Assembly (NCBI GenBank): GCA_031411295.1
Contig: JANOAV010000192.1
Location: 36,675 to 100,674 of the forward strand
DNA from: Verrucomicrobiales bacterium
GTDB lineage: Bacteria; Verrucomicrobiota; Verrucomicrobiia; Verrucomicrobiales; V1-33
Direction: 5' to 3'
DNA length: 64,000 nucleotides
Both the position numbers and the translations under genes were made by a program. Under the pieces are notes generated by a model. It saw only the letters and a list, made by a program, of their open reading frames with translations. It was not told the DNA's origin and ran no database searches. Position 1 is the stretch's first letter. Each line of letters opens with the position of its first letter. Positions 25,410 through 36,800 of the stretch are shown here, one piece after another.

Positions 25410-26929
25410 TTTCGGGGTAGGGTTAGAATGAAACTAGCCCCCTGGCCACCGTTGGCGGATTCGCAGCACAGGGTGCCGCCCAACAGTTGGGCTAGCTCTC
25501 GCGCAATGCTGAGGCCGATTCCGGTGCCTGTGATGCCGTCGCTGAGCTTGTCGCTTAAGCGCACGAAGGGTGCGAAAATGGCATCCCGCTGGGACGCAGG
25601 AACACCGGGTCCACGATCCTCTACGATGATGGAGAATGCAGATTCTGCAGGCTGCAATCGAAGCCAGGCCACGCCACCATCGGCCCCATACTTCTCCACA
25701 TTGCTGAGTAAGTTCCCCACGATCTGCTCCAGTAAATCGGTATCCGTATGAGCCGTTAGGGCTGGCGGCATCTCGACTTCCAAGCGCAATTGCTTATTGG
25801 TCAAGGCGGGGCGGAATTGCTCCGCTATCCGCAGCAGTAGTGCGACGACATCACATGAAGCCGGATGAGGTTGAATCTGACCGCGTTGGTGCTTGGAGAA
25901 ACTGAGCACGTTGGAAATCAACCGCCCCAGCCGCGCGCTCTCGCTGGTGACAATTTCCAGACACTCGTGCACGTCGGTGGCTTCTGCGGGTAACTTCTGT
26001 GCGGCCAGTTCTGCGTAAAGCGAAATGTTGGTTAGAGGAGTTTTGAGTTCATGCGAGACTTGATTGACGAAGCTCACCCGTTGCCCGGCCTGACGGATCT
26101 CCCGGGCGCTCTCGCGATACAAATACCACGCCACTAATCCGAGCACGAGCGTGGCGCAGGTGAGGCCGATGAGTAATTGATAGCGCCAGGCTTGCGATCC
26201 TTGCACCACGACGTCCGACATGGCGCAGGTGAGTTTCCAACCCGGTAGCTGGGGTGGGGGATTGGTGGTGACTTGCACCATGGGGTCGGTGGCCTGCCCC
26301 CAGCCATAAATTTCCTGTCCCTGGGCGTCAGTTAGGGTGAATGCAGCCGTGCTGTCTGCGGCGTTAGGTAGTGCGTTCACCAGCTCTGCCATCACCACGG
26401 CACTGGGAACTTCTGCGCCCACCAGCGAGCCATTGGATTGACGCAGCCAGAACCAGCATCGGGTTCCGCCACCGTGATACCAGAGTTTCCAACCATAGTT
26501 GGACGACTGTCCATTCTCTCCCATGGCCCGATCCAGGCGCTCTCCGCTTTGCCATATTTCCGCACTGCGTTGGAGAAAATCGCGTTCCTCATTGGAGCAC
26601 AGTTCCGGTGCGGTGGGTGGAAAGGTGCGTTTCCCAGTGCCATCAATCACGAAGACCTGACTCACCATGGGATGCGTCCGACTCAACGCCCGCAAGCGAT
26701 CCACGCCATACTCCGTGAGATTCAAGGTGTCCGCCAACCGTCGTTCTGTGCGGTCCAATGTTTCGGCTAGGGTGGTGTTTACCTCGGCCAGACGCTGGTG
26801 CATCACCTGGGTGAAATTCTCCCGCAAACGGGCGCGCTCTCCGTCCAGCATTCGCCATCCCAAATACGCCAGGCCAATGATTGGCAGCGTAACCAGTAAC
26901 ACTAACGAGAGGATGGAGGAACGTTTCAA
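25406..26929 (-). CDS. Sensor histidine kinase
   Basis: Two TM segments; VSHELKTPL H-box; NLLSNVEKY, VEDRGPG, GTGIGL. Confidence 0.95.
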   Translation of the reverse strand: MKRSSILSLVLLVTLPIIGLAYLGWRMLDGERARLRENFTQVMHQRLAEVNTTLAETLDRTERRLADTLNLTEYGVDRLRALSRTHPMVSQVFVIDGTGKRTFPPTAPELCSNEERDFLQRSAEIWQSGERLDRAMGENGQSSNYGWKLWYHGGGTRCWFWLRQSNGSLVGAEVPSAVVMAELVNALPNAADSTAAFTLTDAQGQEIYGWGQATDPMVQVTTNPPPQLPGWKLTCAMSDVVVQGSQAWRYQLLIGLTCATLVLGLVAWYLYRESAREIRQAGQRVSFVNQVSHELKTPLTNISLYAELAAQKLPAEATDVHECLEIVTSESARLGRLISNVLSFSKHQRGQIQPHPASCDVVALLLRIAEQFRPALTNKQLRLEVEMPPALTAHTDTDLLEQIVGNLLSNVEKYGADGGVAWLRLQPAESAFSIIVEDRGPGVPASQRDAIFAPFVRLSDKLSDGITGTGIGLSIARELAQLLGGTLCCESANGGQGASFILTLPRK

Positions 26930-26959
26930 AGTGGAACGGAGAGCGCGGCAGGTTTGGGG

Positions 26960-28315
26960 TTATTTCTTTTCTGAGAGATCCGCCCGACGCGACTGCACTG
27001 CCTGCGGGGCGGCACCTTGGGAGTTCTTCAGGGCGTAGGAATTGTCCTTCATTTGTTTGCGCGCCACATTCCAATCGATGTCAAGATTTCTGGCATCAAC
27101 CGTGTTCGATAGGCACTGCATCCGCAGCTCCGGGCTATCCAGTTTTTCCCCCCATTCACCGAGGACGCTGCCGTTGCTCAGAAGGAGTTGTCTCGCCTCA
27201 TCCACCTTGCCTTCATCACGTAATTTGACGGCGGCTTCGTTGGTTCCGTTGCCCACTTGCGTCATCCATGCTACGAGCACATCCTTATTGACTGCCGCTT
27301 CGACTTCCGCAGGAATATTGGAGAACTTGGCGATGACGGTTTGGTTCAGTTTCTCTTCGATTTTCTCCGCCACATTTTCATAGCGCACTTCAACCCGAGC
27401 CAAGTCCCGGGTGATGCCGGTAGCGGTCTCTGGAACTTCAACTTCCAGGATCAGATACTTCTCTTCCTTGCGATATATCTGATTTAAATTCAGCGTCACC
27501 TTGTTGCCCTGAATCGTCGCTTCCCGCCCGAGCACGCGGACCGGCCGCACGCCGGGATCACACAAAATTTCGACCTGCACCTTCTGGGCGATCACGGATT
27601 TCACGCTGCCGATCTCATCTCCGAAGATTTGCGCCAACTGCTGGGGTTTGTCCACAAAGGCATGGCGGCCATCGCTTTTCTCTGCTAGCCGGGTCATGAG
27701 GTCTTCATTGTAACCGCCACCCAGGCCGATGGTGGTGACGGAGATGCCTTCTTTGATCAAGGAGCCACCGAGTTCGGCCAACTCACCGGGCGTGGCCGGA
27801 CCTACGTTAGCGATGCCGTCGGAAAGCAAAATGACGCGATTGATCGATTGTTGATTGAGAAATTTCCGCATTTCAGCCGCGCCTTTGGTTACGCCGGCAA
27901 ATAACGCTGTGCCGCCGTCGGAGACGATGGAATCGATTTTCTGACAGATGGCCGCGGGGTCCGTGGCTTTGGTGGCGGGGACGAGCACATCGACTCCGGC
28001 GGAGAAGGTGACCACGGAAATGATATCGGTCGGGGTCAGTGCCCGCACCGCCAGGCAGGCGGCTACTTTCGCTTGGGCGATCTTCTCGCCTTTCATCGAG
28101 CCGGAACGATCCAGCACGATGGCGAGGTTCACGGGGGCGCGTTCAACGGCGGGCTTGATATCAGCCCCAGTCAGGCCGACTTTCAGATGGGTTAGATGCT
28201 TTTCGCCTGCTGGCAAAATGGGCTTTGCGACCGCGGCTTTGAGTTCAACCTGCGCTGCCGTGGCGCCCCAAGGGAGCAGAGTGCAGGCAAGGAATATAAG
28301 GGTGGATGATTTCAT
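26960..28315 (-). CDS. Secreted vWA-domain protein (YfbK-like)
   Basis: Signal peptide from MKSSTL; MIDAS DRSGS, GGT, LLSDG. Confidence 0.88.
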   Translation of the reverse strand: MKSSTLIFLACTLLPWGATAAQVELKAAVAKPILPAGEKHLTHLKVGLTGADIKPAVERAPVNLAIVLDRSGSMKGEKIAQAKVAACLAVRALTPTDIISVVTFSAGVDVLVPATKATDPAAICQKIDSIVSDGGTALFAGVTKGAAEMRKFLNQQSINRVILLSDGIANVGPATPGELAELGGSLIKEGISVTTIGLGGGYNEDLMTRLAEKSDGRHAFVDKPQQLAQIFGDEIGSVKSVIAQKVQVEILCDPGVRPVRVLGREATIQGNKVTLNLNQIYRKEEKYLILEVEVPETATGITRDLARVEVRYENVAEKIEEKLNQTVIAKFSNIPAEVEAAVNKDVLVAWMTQVGNGTNEAAVKLRDEGKVDEARQLLLSNGSVLGEWGEKLDSPELRMQCLSNTVDARNLDIDWNVARKQMKDNSYALKNSQGAAPQAVQSRRADLSEKK

Positions 28316-28387
28316 GAATAGAGGATGGTTCGGAAGGAACGGAATTGTTCCACCGTGCTCCACCCTCCGCTACTTTACCCCAACTTG

Positions 28388-28426
28388 TGTCAGATGCGCG
28401 TAAGAAGGTTGTAAGAAATTTGTCAA
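28388..28426. promoter_or_regulatory. Four 11-bp-period direct repeats, putative OmpR-family operator
   Basis: TGTCAG (28388), CGTAAG (28399), TGTAAG (28410), TGTCAA (28421), between divergent vWA-HK-RR and CotH genes. Confidence 0.6.
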
Positions 28427-28523
28427 TTTTTGTGGCGCTGGGTTGCCGTGGTGGGGTGGGCTTGGACAAGCTGTTTTTGGCTATTTAGGTTGCTCTTGGC
28501 TGACAATTTTGCCACACTGAGCC

Positions 28524-31500
28524 ATGATACTGCATTTCCTCGTGCGCCTGGTTTCTCAAATTCTCCCTCCCCTAACGTGCCGTCTTGGCATGGGGATTCT
28601 CCTAGTGTGGTTGCTGGGATCATCTTCCCGGGCCCAAAATGTCGCACTTGGCAAACCCGCCATTTCCAGCGGGGCGATCTATGCCGGGTATCCCGCTTCC
28701 AATATCAATGATGGTAGTGTGGCCACCTTCTCGCATCCTGATAACGGGGCTACGGCGGGTTTCTATTATCAAATTGATCTGGGTCAGGAATACGCGCTGC
28801 ATCATTTGTCCGTCGTGAATCGGGGGGATGGATGTTGCCCAGAGCGCCTGACGAACTATCAGCTAACACTCTATGCCGATGCCGGCGGCAGTCCGAGCAG
28901 CGTGCTCTGGCAAGCCCCGGTGCGGACCAACGGCACTAACTCCGGATCTGGTGGCACCGATACCGTTCTGGCCAACGCGAGCACGAATCCCGCCCATGTT
29001 TTCCGGGGGCGTTACTTGCGCTTAACCAATTTAAGCAGTGCCGCCTATAATCCCCAACTCGCTGAACTCCAGGCCTGGGTCGTGACTGCGAATGCCAATC
29101 TAGCGTTGGGCCGGCCCGTGATTGCCAGCGGGGCGCTGTGGCCAGGATTTTCTGCTACTAACCTGACGGATGGCAATGCGATTGGCTCCGGCACCATCGC
29201 GCATCCTAACACCGGAGCCACGTTGGGCTTCTACTATCAGGTGGACTTGGGCTCGGAATATAGTTTGAGCCGCATCGTGATCTATAATCGTTCCGACTGC
29301 TGTCCGGAGCGCCTGAGTAACTATCGGATCACGCTTTACGCGGACAACGCGGGGGCGGCGGGCAGCGTGCTCTGGCAGGCCACCGTGCGAGGGGATGGAA
29401 CCAACAGCGGCATGGGAGGCGCGGATACGGTGGTGGCCTCTGCTAGCACGAACCCCGCGCATCTCTTTAAAGGGCGTTTCCTCCGCGTGGAAAATTTAAG
29501 CGGCATCGCTTACAACCCGCAAATCGCGGAAATTGAAGCGTATCCCGAACCTCCACCTGTGGTGAATTATTTCCTAACCAGCGCAGGAAGCATTAACGGT
29601 CCCGGGCTGCCCGCCAATGCCACGCTGAGTTGGTCGGTCACGAACGCCACTGCGGTGACCATCAGCGGACTGGGAAATGTCCCTCTGATTGGCACTAGCA
29701 TCGTCGCCCCGGCCAGCACCACGACCTATACCTTAACCGCCACGCGAGCCGGTAGTGCCACCGTTACGTCCACGCTAACCGTGGCGGTGAATGCCGCGTT
29801 GATTCCTCCGCGCATTACTGAGTTTCAAGCGGCGGATGGCTTACTGGAGGATGAAGACGGGGATCGACCCGACTGGATTGAATTGTTCAACCCGAATGCC
29901 TTTACCCTTAATTTAGCCAACTACACCCTAACCGACGATCCCCTGCTTCCAGCCCGATGGGCGTTCCCGCTGGCGAACCTTTCCCCCGGCGGCTATCTCG
30001 TGGTTTACGCATCGGGGAAAGATCGCAAGGTCGTGGGTGCTCGCTTGCACACCAATTTCTCATTGAGTGCTTCCGGGGAATACTTGAGACTCTCTTCACC
30101 CACGGGAACCTTGCTCCAGCAATTCCCTGCCGACTATCCAACCACCTTGAAGTATCCCAAACAAAAGGACCGCGTGAGTTACGGCTTGGATAGCACGAAT
30201 GCGATTCGCTACTTCAGCCCCGCCACGCCTGGGCAAATCAACGGCACGGGGTATCTGGGAGTCGTCGCTGACACTACGTTCTCCGTGAAACGCGGCGTTT
30301 ATAGCACCGCGCAAACCGTCGCGTTAGGCTCGACCTCGCCCGGAGCCACCATTGTCTATACGACCAACGGTAGTGCTCCCAGCCTAACCAACGGAAACCA
30401 AGTGCTTCCCCCGGATGCCAATACGGCTCCCTCAGCCGTGCTCACCTTGCATCCTGGCGCAATTCCCGGTGGAGCTACGGGAATCAATATCGCTCCGACT
30501 AACGGCACCACCGTCCTGCGAGCCGCCGCCTTCAAGACGAATTTGCTGCCGACCAACATCGATACGAACACCTACGTTTTCCCCGCCAGCGTGGTCACTT
30601 CCAGCGTCATGAGCACCACTATTACCCAGGATGTCACCTACGGTCCGCAGATGCAAGCCGCCCTGACAGATGTGCCCAGCATTTCCGTGGTGACGCCAGC
30701 CACGATTGTTGATGGCACCAGCGCGTTGTGTTCCTTTGAGTATCTCCCCACGGTAGGCGCTGGGGTGCAGGAAAATGCCGGCATCGAGAACTATGGCGGG
30801 GCCTTTACGAACTTCCAGAAAAAGAGTTTCCGGGTGTCTTTCACTTCTGAATTTGGTGCCACCAAACTAGAAGTGCCGGAACTCTTCACCAACCATGCCC
30901 GAGGCACCAAACCCGTGGGGAAATTCGATCAACTCGAACTCCGCAATGGGTCGCACGATATGGCGCAGCGTGGATTCTACATGTCGAATATTTTCACAGA
31001 CGGAACGCTGCTCGACATGGGGAACTTGGCCCCGCATTCCCGCTTTGTTCATTTGTATCTCAACGGCACTTACTGGGGGCTCTATCATCTGCGGGAACGC
31101 TGGAGCGCCCAGCAGCAGAGCGCTTATCTCGGTGGTTCCAGCAGCGATTACGAATCGATCAATGGGAACTGGAACGTCGGCGGCTGGGCAGATCCGGGCA
31201 CCGTTTATGATGGCGATGGCTCCGTTTGGACTCAGGTGAAGTCACTGCGCGCCAACTACGCCTCGGTGCGCTCCTATTTGGATGTGAAGGACTATATTGA
31301 CTATATGTTGCTCTTCATGTTTGGCAATAGTGAGGATGAATACCGCTGCGTAGCACCAAAGCAGATTGGCAGTGGTTTCAAATTCATGCTTAACGATGCT
31401 GATGGCTTTCTCGCGACCCCCGGTTATCTTCCCAGCGTGCCTGCGAATCGGGTCGCTGCGCGATCGAATCCCAATGTCGGACGGCAGAATGGTGACGGCC

Positions 31501-32876
31501 CTGGCAGCATCTTTTCTCAACTCTGGCAGGAGGGAAACCTTGAGTATAAGACTCTCCTCGCAGACCGGATCCACCAACACTTGTTCAATCAAGGCGCCCT
31601 CAGCGCCACCGCTAATCAGGCGCGCCTTGGTTCCATGTGCACCGAAATTCAGCGGGCCTTCTATGCCGAAAGCGCCCGCTGGGTGGCCAGCGGAGAGTCC
31701 CGCACGCCAGCCACCTGGGCCAGTGATCGGGACAACATTTTGAATGCCTGGTTCCCTTTGCGCACCTCGCAATACCTTGGCTACTTGCAAGGTGCCGGTT
31801 ACTATCCAACCACCGCAGCCCCGGCCTTTGCCGGCGCGACGGTGGCACCTAACACCACGATCAATTTCCCGGTCGCTGGGGCCACGGTCTATTGCACCAC
31901 GGATGGCAGCGATCCGCGCCTGCCCGGTGGCGGAGTCAATTCCACGGCATTGGCGACCTCGAGCCTAACCCTAACCCAGAACACCGCCGTGCGCGCCCGC
32001 GCCATTAGCGGCAGCACTTGGAGTGCCCTCAACGAAGGTTTCTTTACCGTCACCACGCCACTCGCACCGGGCGATATCGTCTTCTCGGAAATTCACTTTA
32101 ACCCGCAGGGAGACGACGCCTCCGAGTTCATTGAACTCCTCAATCCCACGACTCATGCGATCAATCTACGCGGGGCCAATTTCACCACCGGACTGAGTTA
32201 TGATTTCCCCGATAACCGCGACATCATGCTGGCCCCGGGCGCGCGCTTGGTATTAGTTAGCAGTTTATTTAATTTCCAAAAACGCTACGGCATCGACATC
32301 CCCGTGACCGGAGTTTATTTCAATCGACTGGGCAATGATGGAGATACTCTAACGCTGTCCTCATCCACGGGCACCCCGCTGTTCTCATTGCACTATCTCG
32401 ACAGCGCCCCCTGGCCGGAAACTGCTGATGGCAATGGCTACAGCCTCGTGTTGGCCAATCCTGCCGCGCCCACGCTGCCAGAAAGTTTCCGCACCAGCAC
32501 CGCCGTAAATGGCACTCCCGGCACCAGCGATGCCACCATTTACAACGGAGCCCCATTGGACGACGCAGACCGGGACGGCATCTTCTCCATGGTCGAACAT
32601 TTCCTCGCCACCAGTGACATCAGCGGTGCCAGCGGACTGGCCAGCCTTCAAGCCGGGCACACTCCTGACGGTCGGCAAACCCTCACTTTCCCCCGCAGAC
32701 TCAGCGTGGACCGCCTCCGCTACGTGGTCGAAGTCAGTTCTGACCTTGTGAACTGGACTGCCGACACCACCCGCACCCGCCATTTCAACAATGGCGACGG
32801 CACCGCCACCGAAACCTGGACTGCCACCACCGCCGAAGTCCATCAATACATGCGGCTGCGGGTTACCCAGCCATAA
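28524..32876 (+). CDS. Secreted protein with two F-type-lectin/discoidin domains, lamin-tail domains and CotH-like kinase
   Basis: Two NxALG(K/R)P..H..NRxD(G)CCPERL domains; ITEFQA..DWIELFNP; HLYLNGTYWGLYHLRER; FSEIHFNP; C-terminal YMRLRV module. Confidence 0.85.
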   Translation: MILHFLVRLVSQILPPLTCRLGMGILLVWLLGSSSRAQNVALGKPAISSGAIYAGYPASNINDGSVATFSHPDNGATAGFYYQIDLGQEYALHHLSVVNRGDGCCPERLTNYQLTLYADAGGSPSSVLWQAPVRTNGTNSGSGGTDTVLANASTNPAHVFRGRYLRLTNLSSAAYNPQLAELQAWVVTANANLALGRPVIASGALWPGFSATNLTDGNAIGSGTIAHPNTGATLGFYYQVDLGSEYSLSRIVIYNRSDCCPERLSNYRITLYADNAGAAGSVLWQATVRGDGTNSGMGGADTVVASASTNPAHLFKGRFLRVENLSGIAYNPQIAEIEAYPEPPPVVNYFLTSAGSINGPGLPANATLSWSVTNATAVTISGLGNVPLIGTSIVAPASTTTYTLTATRAGSATVTSTLTVAVNAALIPPRITEFQAADGLLEDEDGDRPDWIELFNPNAFTLNLANYTLTDDPLLPARWAFPLANLSPGGYLVVYASGKDRKVVGARLHTNFSLSASGEYLRLSSPTGTLLQQFPADYPTTLKYPKQKDRVSYGLDSTNAIRYFSPATPGQINGTGYLGVVADTTFSVKRGVYSTAQTVALGSTSPGATIVYTTNGSAPSLTNGNQVLPPDANTAPSAVLTLHPGAIPGGATGINIAPTNGTTVLRAAAFKTNLLPTNIDTNTYVFPASVVTSSVMSTTITQDVTYGPQMQAALTDVPSISVVTPATIVDGTSALCSFEYLPTVGAGVQENAGIENYGGAFTNFQKKSFRVSFTSEFGATKLEVPELFTNHARGTKPVGKFDQLELRNGSHDMAQRGFYMSNIFTDGTLLDMGNLAPHSRFVHLYLNGTYWGLYHLRERWSAQQQSAYLGGSSSDYESINGNWNVGGWADPGTVYDGDGSVWTQVKSLRANYASVRSYLDVKDYIDYMLLFMFGNSEDEYRCVAPKQIGSGFKFMLNDADGFLATPGYLPSVPANRVAARSNPNVGRQNGDGPGSIFSQLWQEGNLEYKTLLADRIHQHLFNQGALSATANQARLGSMCTEIQRAFYAESARWVASGESRTPATWASDRDNILNAWFPLRTSQYLGYLQGAGYYPTTAAPAFAGATVAPNTTINFPVAGATVYCTTDGSDPRLPGGGVNSTALATSSLTLTQNTAVRARAISGSTWSALNEGFFTVTTPLAPGDIVFSEIHFNPQGDDASEFIELLNPTTHAINLRGANFTTGLSYDFPDNRDIMLAPGARLVLVSSLFNFQKRYGIDIPVTGVYFNRLGNDGDTLTLSSSTGTPLFSLHYLDSAPWPETADGNGYSLVLANPAAPTLPESFRTSTAVNGTPGTSDATIYNGAPLDDADRDGIFSMVEHFLATSDISGASGLASLQAGHTPDGRQTLTFPRRLSVDRLRYVVEVSSDLVNWTADTTRTRHFNNGDGTATETWTATTAEVHQYMRLRVTQP

Positions 32877-33077
32877 GTGGGCGGGCTCTTAGCGGTCGTG
32901 AGGTCATCAAGGGCATACATTTATTTTCCCGGATAAAGTAGCGATAAAGGATCGACAAAGGCTCACAGATAGCGTATCTGCAAAACTGAAATTTATGTGA
33001 TACAGATACTATCAGATGGCTAACGATAAACCTATAGCTTCCTTGCGCATTATGCAAAACTCCTGCGGGGTGAGCCG

Positions 33078-33779
33078 ATGAATTTCCCGCTTACCAACTG
33101 GACGCAGTTGCGACAAGCCACTCTGAATGGAGACAAGGCTGGTCAGCAGGCGCTGGCGACCTTGTGTGAGAATTACCGGGCGCCCATCCTGGGTTTCTTG
33201 CGGATGCGCGGGTATGATTCGCAGGCGGCCGAAGATCTGACGCAGCAGTTATTTCTGGAATTGATCGAGCACGAATCATGGCGGCGGGCAGATCAGGCGA
33301 AGGGGCGTTTTCGAACGTTTCTGTTGGGGATTTTGAATTTTGTTTTGAGTCGGCAACGACGACATCTTGGAGCGGAGAAGCGTGGCCCCGGACAGTCGAT
33401 CATGAGCCTGGACTTGATGGCTGAGGAAGGCTGGGAGCCAGCAGGTGTGGAAATGGAGGAACAGTTCGACGCGCAATGGGCGTTAGGTTTAGTGGCGGGT
33501 GCTTTGGCCACAGTGCAGCAAGGTTTCTTGAACAAGGACAAAGGTTCTGCGTGGGAAATTTTAGTGCGCTTTCTGCCCGGCTCCGGTGGGCCACCTACTT
33601 ATGAGGAAGCGGCAGCGGCTTTGGGCTACTCCCTGGCGGCTACAAAATCGGCGGTGAACCGGGTGCGGACGGAATTTCGGGAGGAACTGCGGCGGGCGGT
33701 TTCGTTGACGGTGGGGGCTCCGCATGAGATCACGGAGGAACTGGCTTATCTTCGGGAAGTGCTGACCCGCGTCATTTAA
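33078..33779 (+). CDS. ECF sigma factor of the Ser/Thr-kinase-linked type
   Basis: FPLTNWT, LCENYRAP, AEDLTQ, GRFRTFLL, region 4 YEEAAAALG..A.KSAVNRVR. Confidence 0.88.
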   Translation: MNFPLTNWTQLRQATLNGDKAGQQALATLCENYRAPILGFLRMRGYDSQAAEDLTQQLFLELIEHESWRRADQAKGRFRTFLLGILNFVLSRQRRHLGAEKRGPGQSIMSLDLMAEEGWEPAGVEMEEQFDAQWALGLVAGALATVQQGFLNKDKGSAWEILVRFLPGSGGPPTYEEAAAALGYSLAATKSAVNRVRTEFREELRRAVSLTVGAPHEITEELAYLREVLTRVI

Positions 33780-33819
33780 TGAAACTTTTACTGATGGATC
33801 GTCGATAGCTTAGGAAACC

Positions 33820-36800
33820 ATGCCGCCACCGCTCTTCCATTGTAACACTTGCTTCCGACCGCTTCCTCCTGGGGAGGCGGATGGGCGCTGTCCCGCGTGT
33901 TTGATTGCTGCGGCCTTCGAGGAGCCGGAGGCGGACACGATTGGCGAACTGGGAGGGCATGATTTGTTGGAGGAAATTGCCCGTGGCGGCATGGGGGTGG
34001 TCTATCGGGCGCGCCAACGCGAACCAGAGCGGGAGGTGGCATTGAAGGCGATCCTGGGTGGTTGGCTTTCGGCTCCAGAAGTGCGGGAACGCTTCCGCTT
34101 GGAGGCTCGGGCCATGGCGGCTTTAGAACATCCGGCCATTCTGCCAGTGTATCAATTTGGGGAGCAAGATCAGGTGCCATTTTTCACGATGAAGCTGGCA
34201 GATGGGGGGACGCTGACGGGGCGTTTGGCGGCATTTGCTGGTAAATGGCGGGAGATTGCAGCGCTGATGGTGACGGTGGCGGAGGCAGTGCAGTTCGCGC
34301 ACGAGCGCGGCGTTCTGCATCGGGATCTCAAGCCTGGCAATATTCTGTTCGATGCGGAAAACAGAGTCTATGTGAGTGACTTCGGAATGGCCAAGCTTCT
34401 GGATGGAGACAGTGACCTGACCCGCAGTGCCGCCCTGCTGGGGACACCGCATTACATGGCCCCGGAGATTGCTTCGCATGGAGCCACGGCCACCACGGCC
34501 AGCGATGTTTGGAGTCTGGGTGTGATGCTATATGAATTGCTCGCGCAGGTTCGTCCGTTTGCCTCCGTCTCTATGCCCGCGCTGCTGCGGGAGATTGGTG
34601 AACGTGATCCGGCCCCACTGCCCGCCTTGGTCTCGCGGGATCTGGCAGTGATCACGATGAAGGCGCTGTCGAAATCGCCTGCGACACGTTATCCCACAGC
34701 GCGGGATTTGGCAGATGACTTGCGCCGCTGGCTGCGGGGAGAGCCGATTCTGGCTCGGCCCCGGTCATCCATGGAGCGATGCGCCGCCTGGTGCCGCCGT
34801 TATCCCGCCGTGGCTTCGCTGACTGGTTTGTTGCTCGTTGGTGCGGTTGTCGCAGCGTCCATTTTACTGAAATCAAATCGCGCTCTTGTCGAGGCCGTGC
34901 AAGCCAAGGAGCAGGCCCGGCAGCTCTCGGATGACCGGTTGAGGCATAGTCTGTTTTCAGAAGCGGACGCCCTGCTTTTGGGAGAAGATCCAACTTCCCG
35001 TGAACCGGTTCTGAACATTGTCCGGCAGTTAAAAACCATGGGACTGCCACCGCTGGAGGTGCGGAATCTGGCCGTGCGATCCCTGGTCACGCTGGGTGCC
35101 CATGAGGCGGGCCGATTCGAGACGGAATTTTACAGTGCGAGTTGCAAGCTGGATTACTCCCCGGATTTTCATTGGTATGCCACTGGAAGGAGCCGGAGCG
35201 GCAAGGGATTCACTCTCTATAGCACCCATCGCGGAGAGGCCCCGCAGATCGTGGATGCGGCGGGGATCGGCATTACCTTTCGCTTCAGTCGGGATGGCAC
35301 GTGGCTGGCTGCCAAGTTGTCCACTGGGCACATTCTGGTCCGGCGGGTCGGAGAACTAGGAAAGGAATTTTTCCAAACCACTATTCGTATGTCTGGAGGA
35401 GTCTGGATGCTGCCACTGGATTTCCATCCGTCCGACAGCCATTGGCTTTACAGCACCGGAGATACCAGCGTGCACCGACATCTCACTTCAAGTGGCACGG
35501 CCAAGGATGACGAAATTTTCCTGAACGCACCCGGACCGGTGCAGGGCTTGTCCTATTCACCGGATGGCTCCCGGCTCGCCCTGAAATGGGAGGGCGGAGT
35601 GGGCGTGGTGGACTCCGTCTCGGGCAACTGGATTTGGCAGCGCCCATTGGCCTGCACCACGGATTGGCCGTTCTGGAATCCATCAGGCAAAGGCCTGGGG
35701 ATCGGCGTCAGCAATCCGGTGCGTTTCCTGATTCTTAATGCGGACACGGGCGAGGAAAAAGTGACCTGTTACGGCCACCAGGCGGCCATTTCCATGGCGG
35801 CATTTCACCCCACCCTGCCCATCGTGGCCACGGTGGCCTGGGACTACCAGCTCATCCTGTGGGATTCCCAAAGCGGCCTGCCGCTGACCCGGCATTCAGC
35901 CATGGTGCGCGGCGTCAGCTTCAGTGCTGATGGAACGCGTCTCAGTTTTTCTCCAGGGCAAAGCCAGACCAGTGTCATTGATCTGACTCTGCCGACGGTC
36001 TGGCGGGCGTGGGAGGGGGAGCCCATACCAGCATCCATCGTGGTGAATATGGATTTGAGTTCAGATGGGCAGTGGTTGCTGACAGATTCTGTGGGCCAGA
36101 TTCGCCTCTGGGATGTGGCAAATCGGAAGTCTGTGACCACGATCGACCTGCCGTTTACCAGTCGTGAAGAGGCCACTTACTGGCAGAATGGAGATCATCT
36201 TATTCGCGGACTTCCCGCCCCGACCAAGGTGATCACGAAAACCCTGACCTTGAGCCCGGAACCCAAGGTCAATGGAGCAATCCCTCAGATCACCAACACG
36301 GATCCAATTTCCTCCGCGTGGATCTACGGCCGGACTGCGGACAGACAGAAACTAATTCTCCAAACCCCCAACGGCGGAGCCAGAGTGATGAATGAAGACG
36401 GCACTGTTCATCTGGAAATTCCCACCTGGGGACAGCGGAAGGTGCTGGATCTCTCGCCTGATGACCGCTGGGTGGCCTGCCTCCAGGCTTCGAGTGCTGC
36501 GATGCCTGGTTATGAAGTGAGGCGGGTCAAGGACGGGGTGGTGGTGCACCAGTTTGCGGAACCCTGGGCAGCTCAATTGAGCTTCTCCCCTGATGGGAAA
36601 TCGCTCGTCATTGCAGAAGCCTGGCGGACCCTCGTTTATGAAACGGAAACGTGGCGGGAACTGACGCAATGGCCAGTGCAAATGGAGTTCGAAGGCTACG
36701 GAGGAGTCAGCTTTTCCCCCGATGGCAAAATGGCCGCAATCAGAGTCCGGGAAGGAACCATCGACCTGCGGGAAACTAGCCATTGGACTCAACTGGCCCT

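Noticed and set aside
32966..33015. AT-rich inverted repeats (CAGATA-GCG-TATCTG, CAGATACTATC) upstream of the ECF sigma
   Set aside because: Short, single occurrence, no candidate regulator; could be chance
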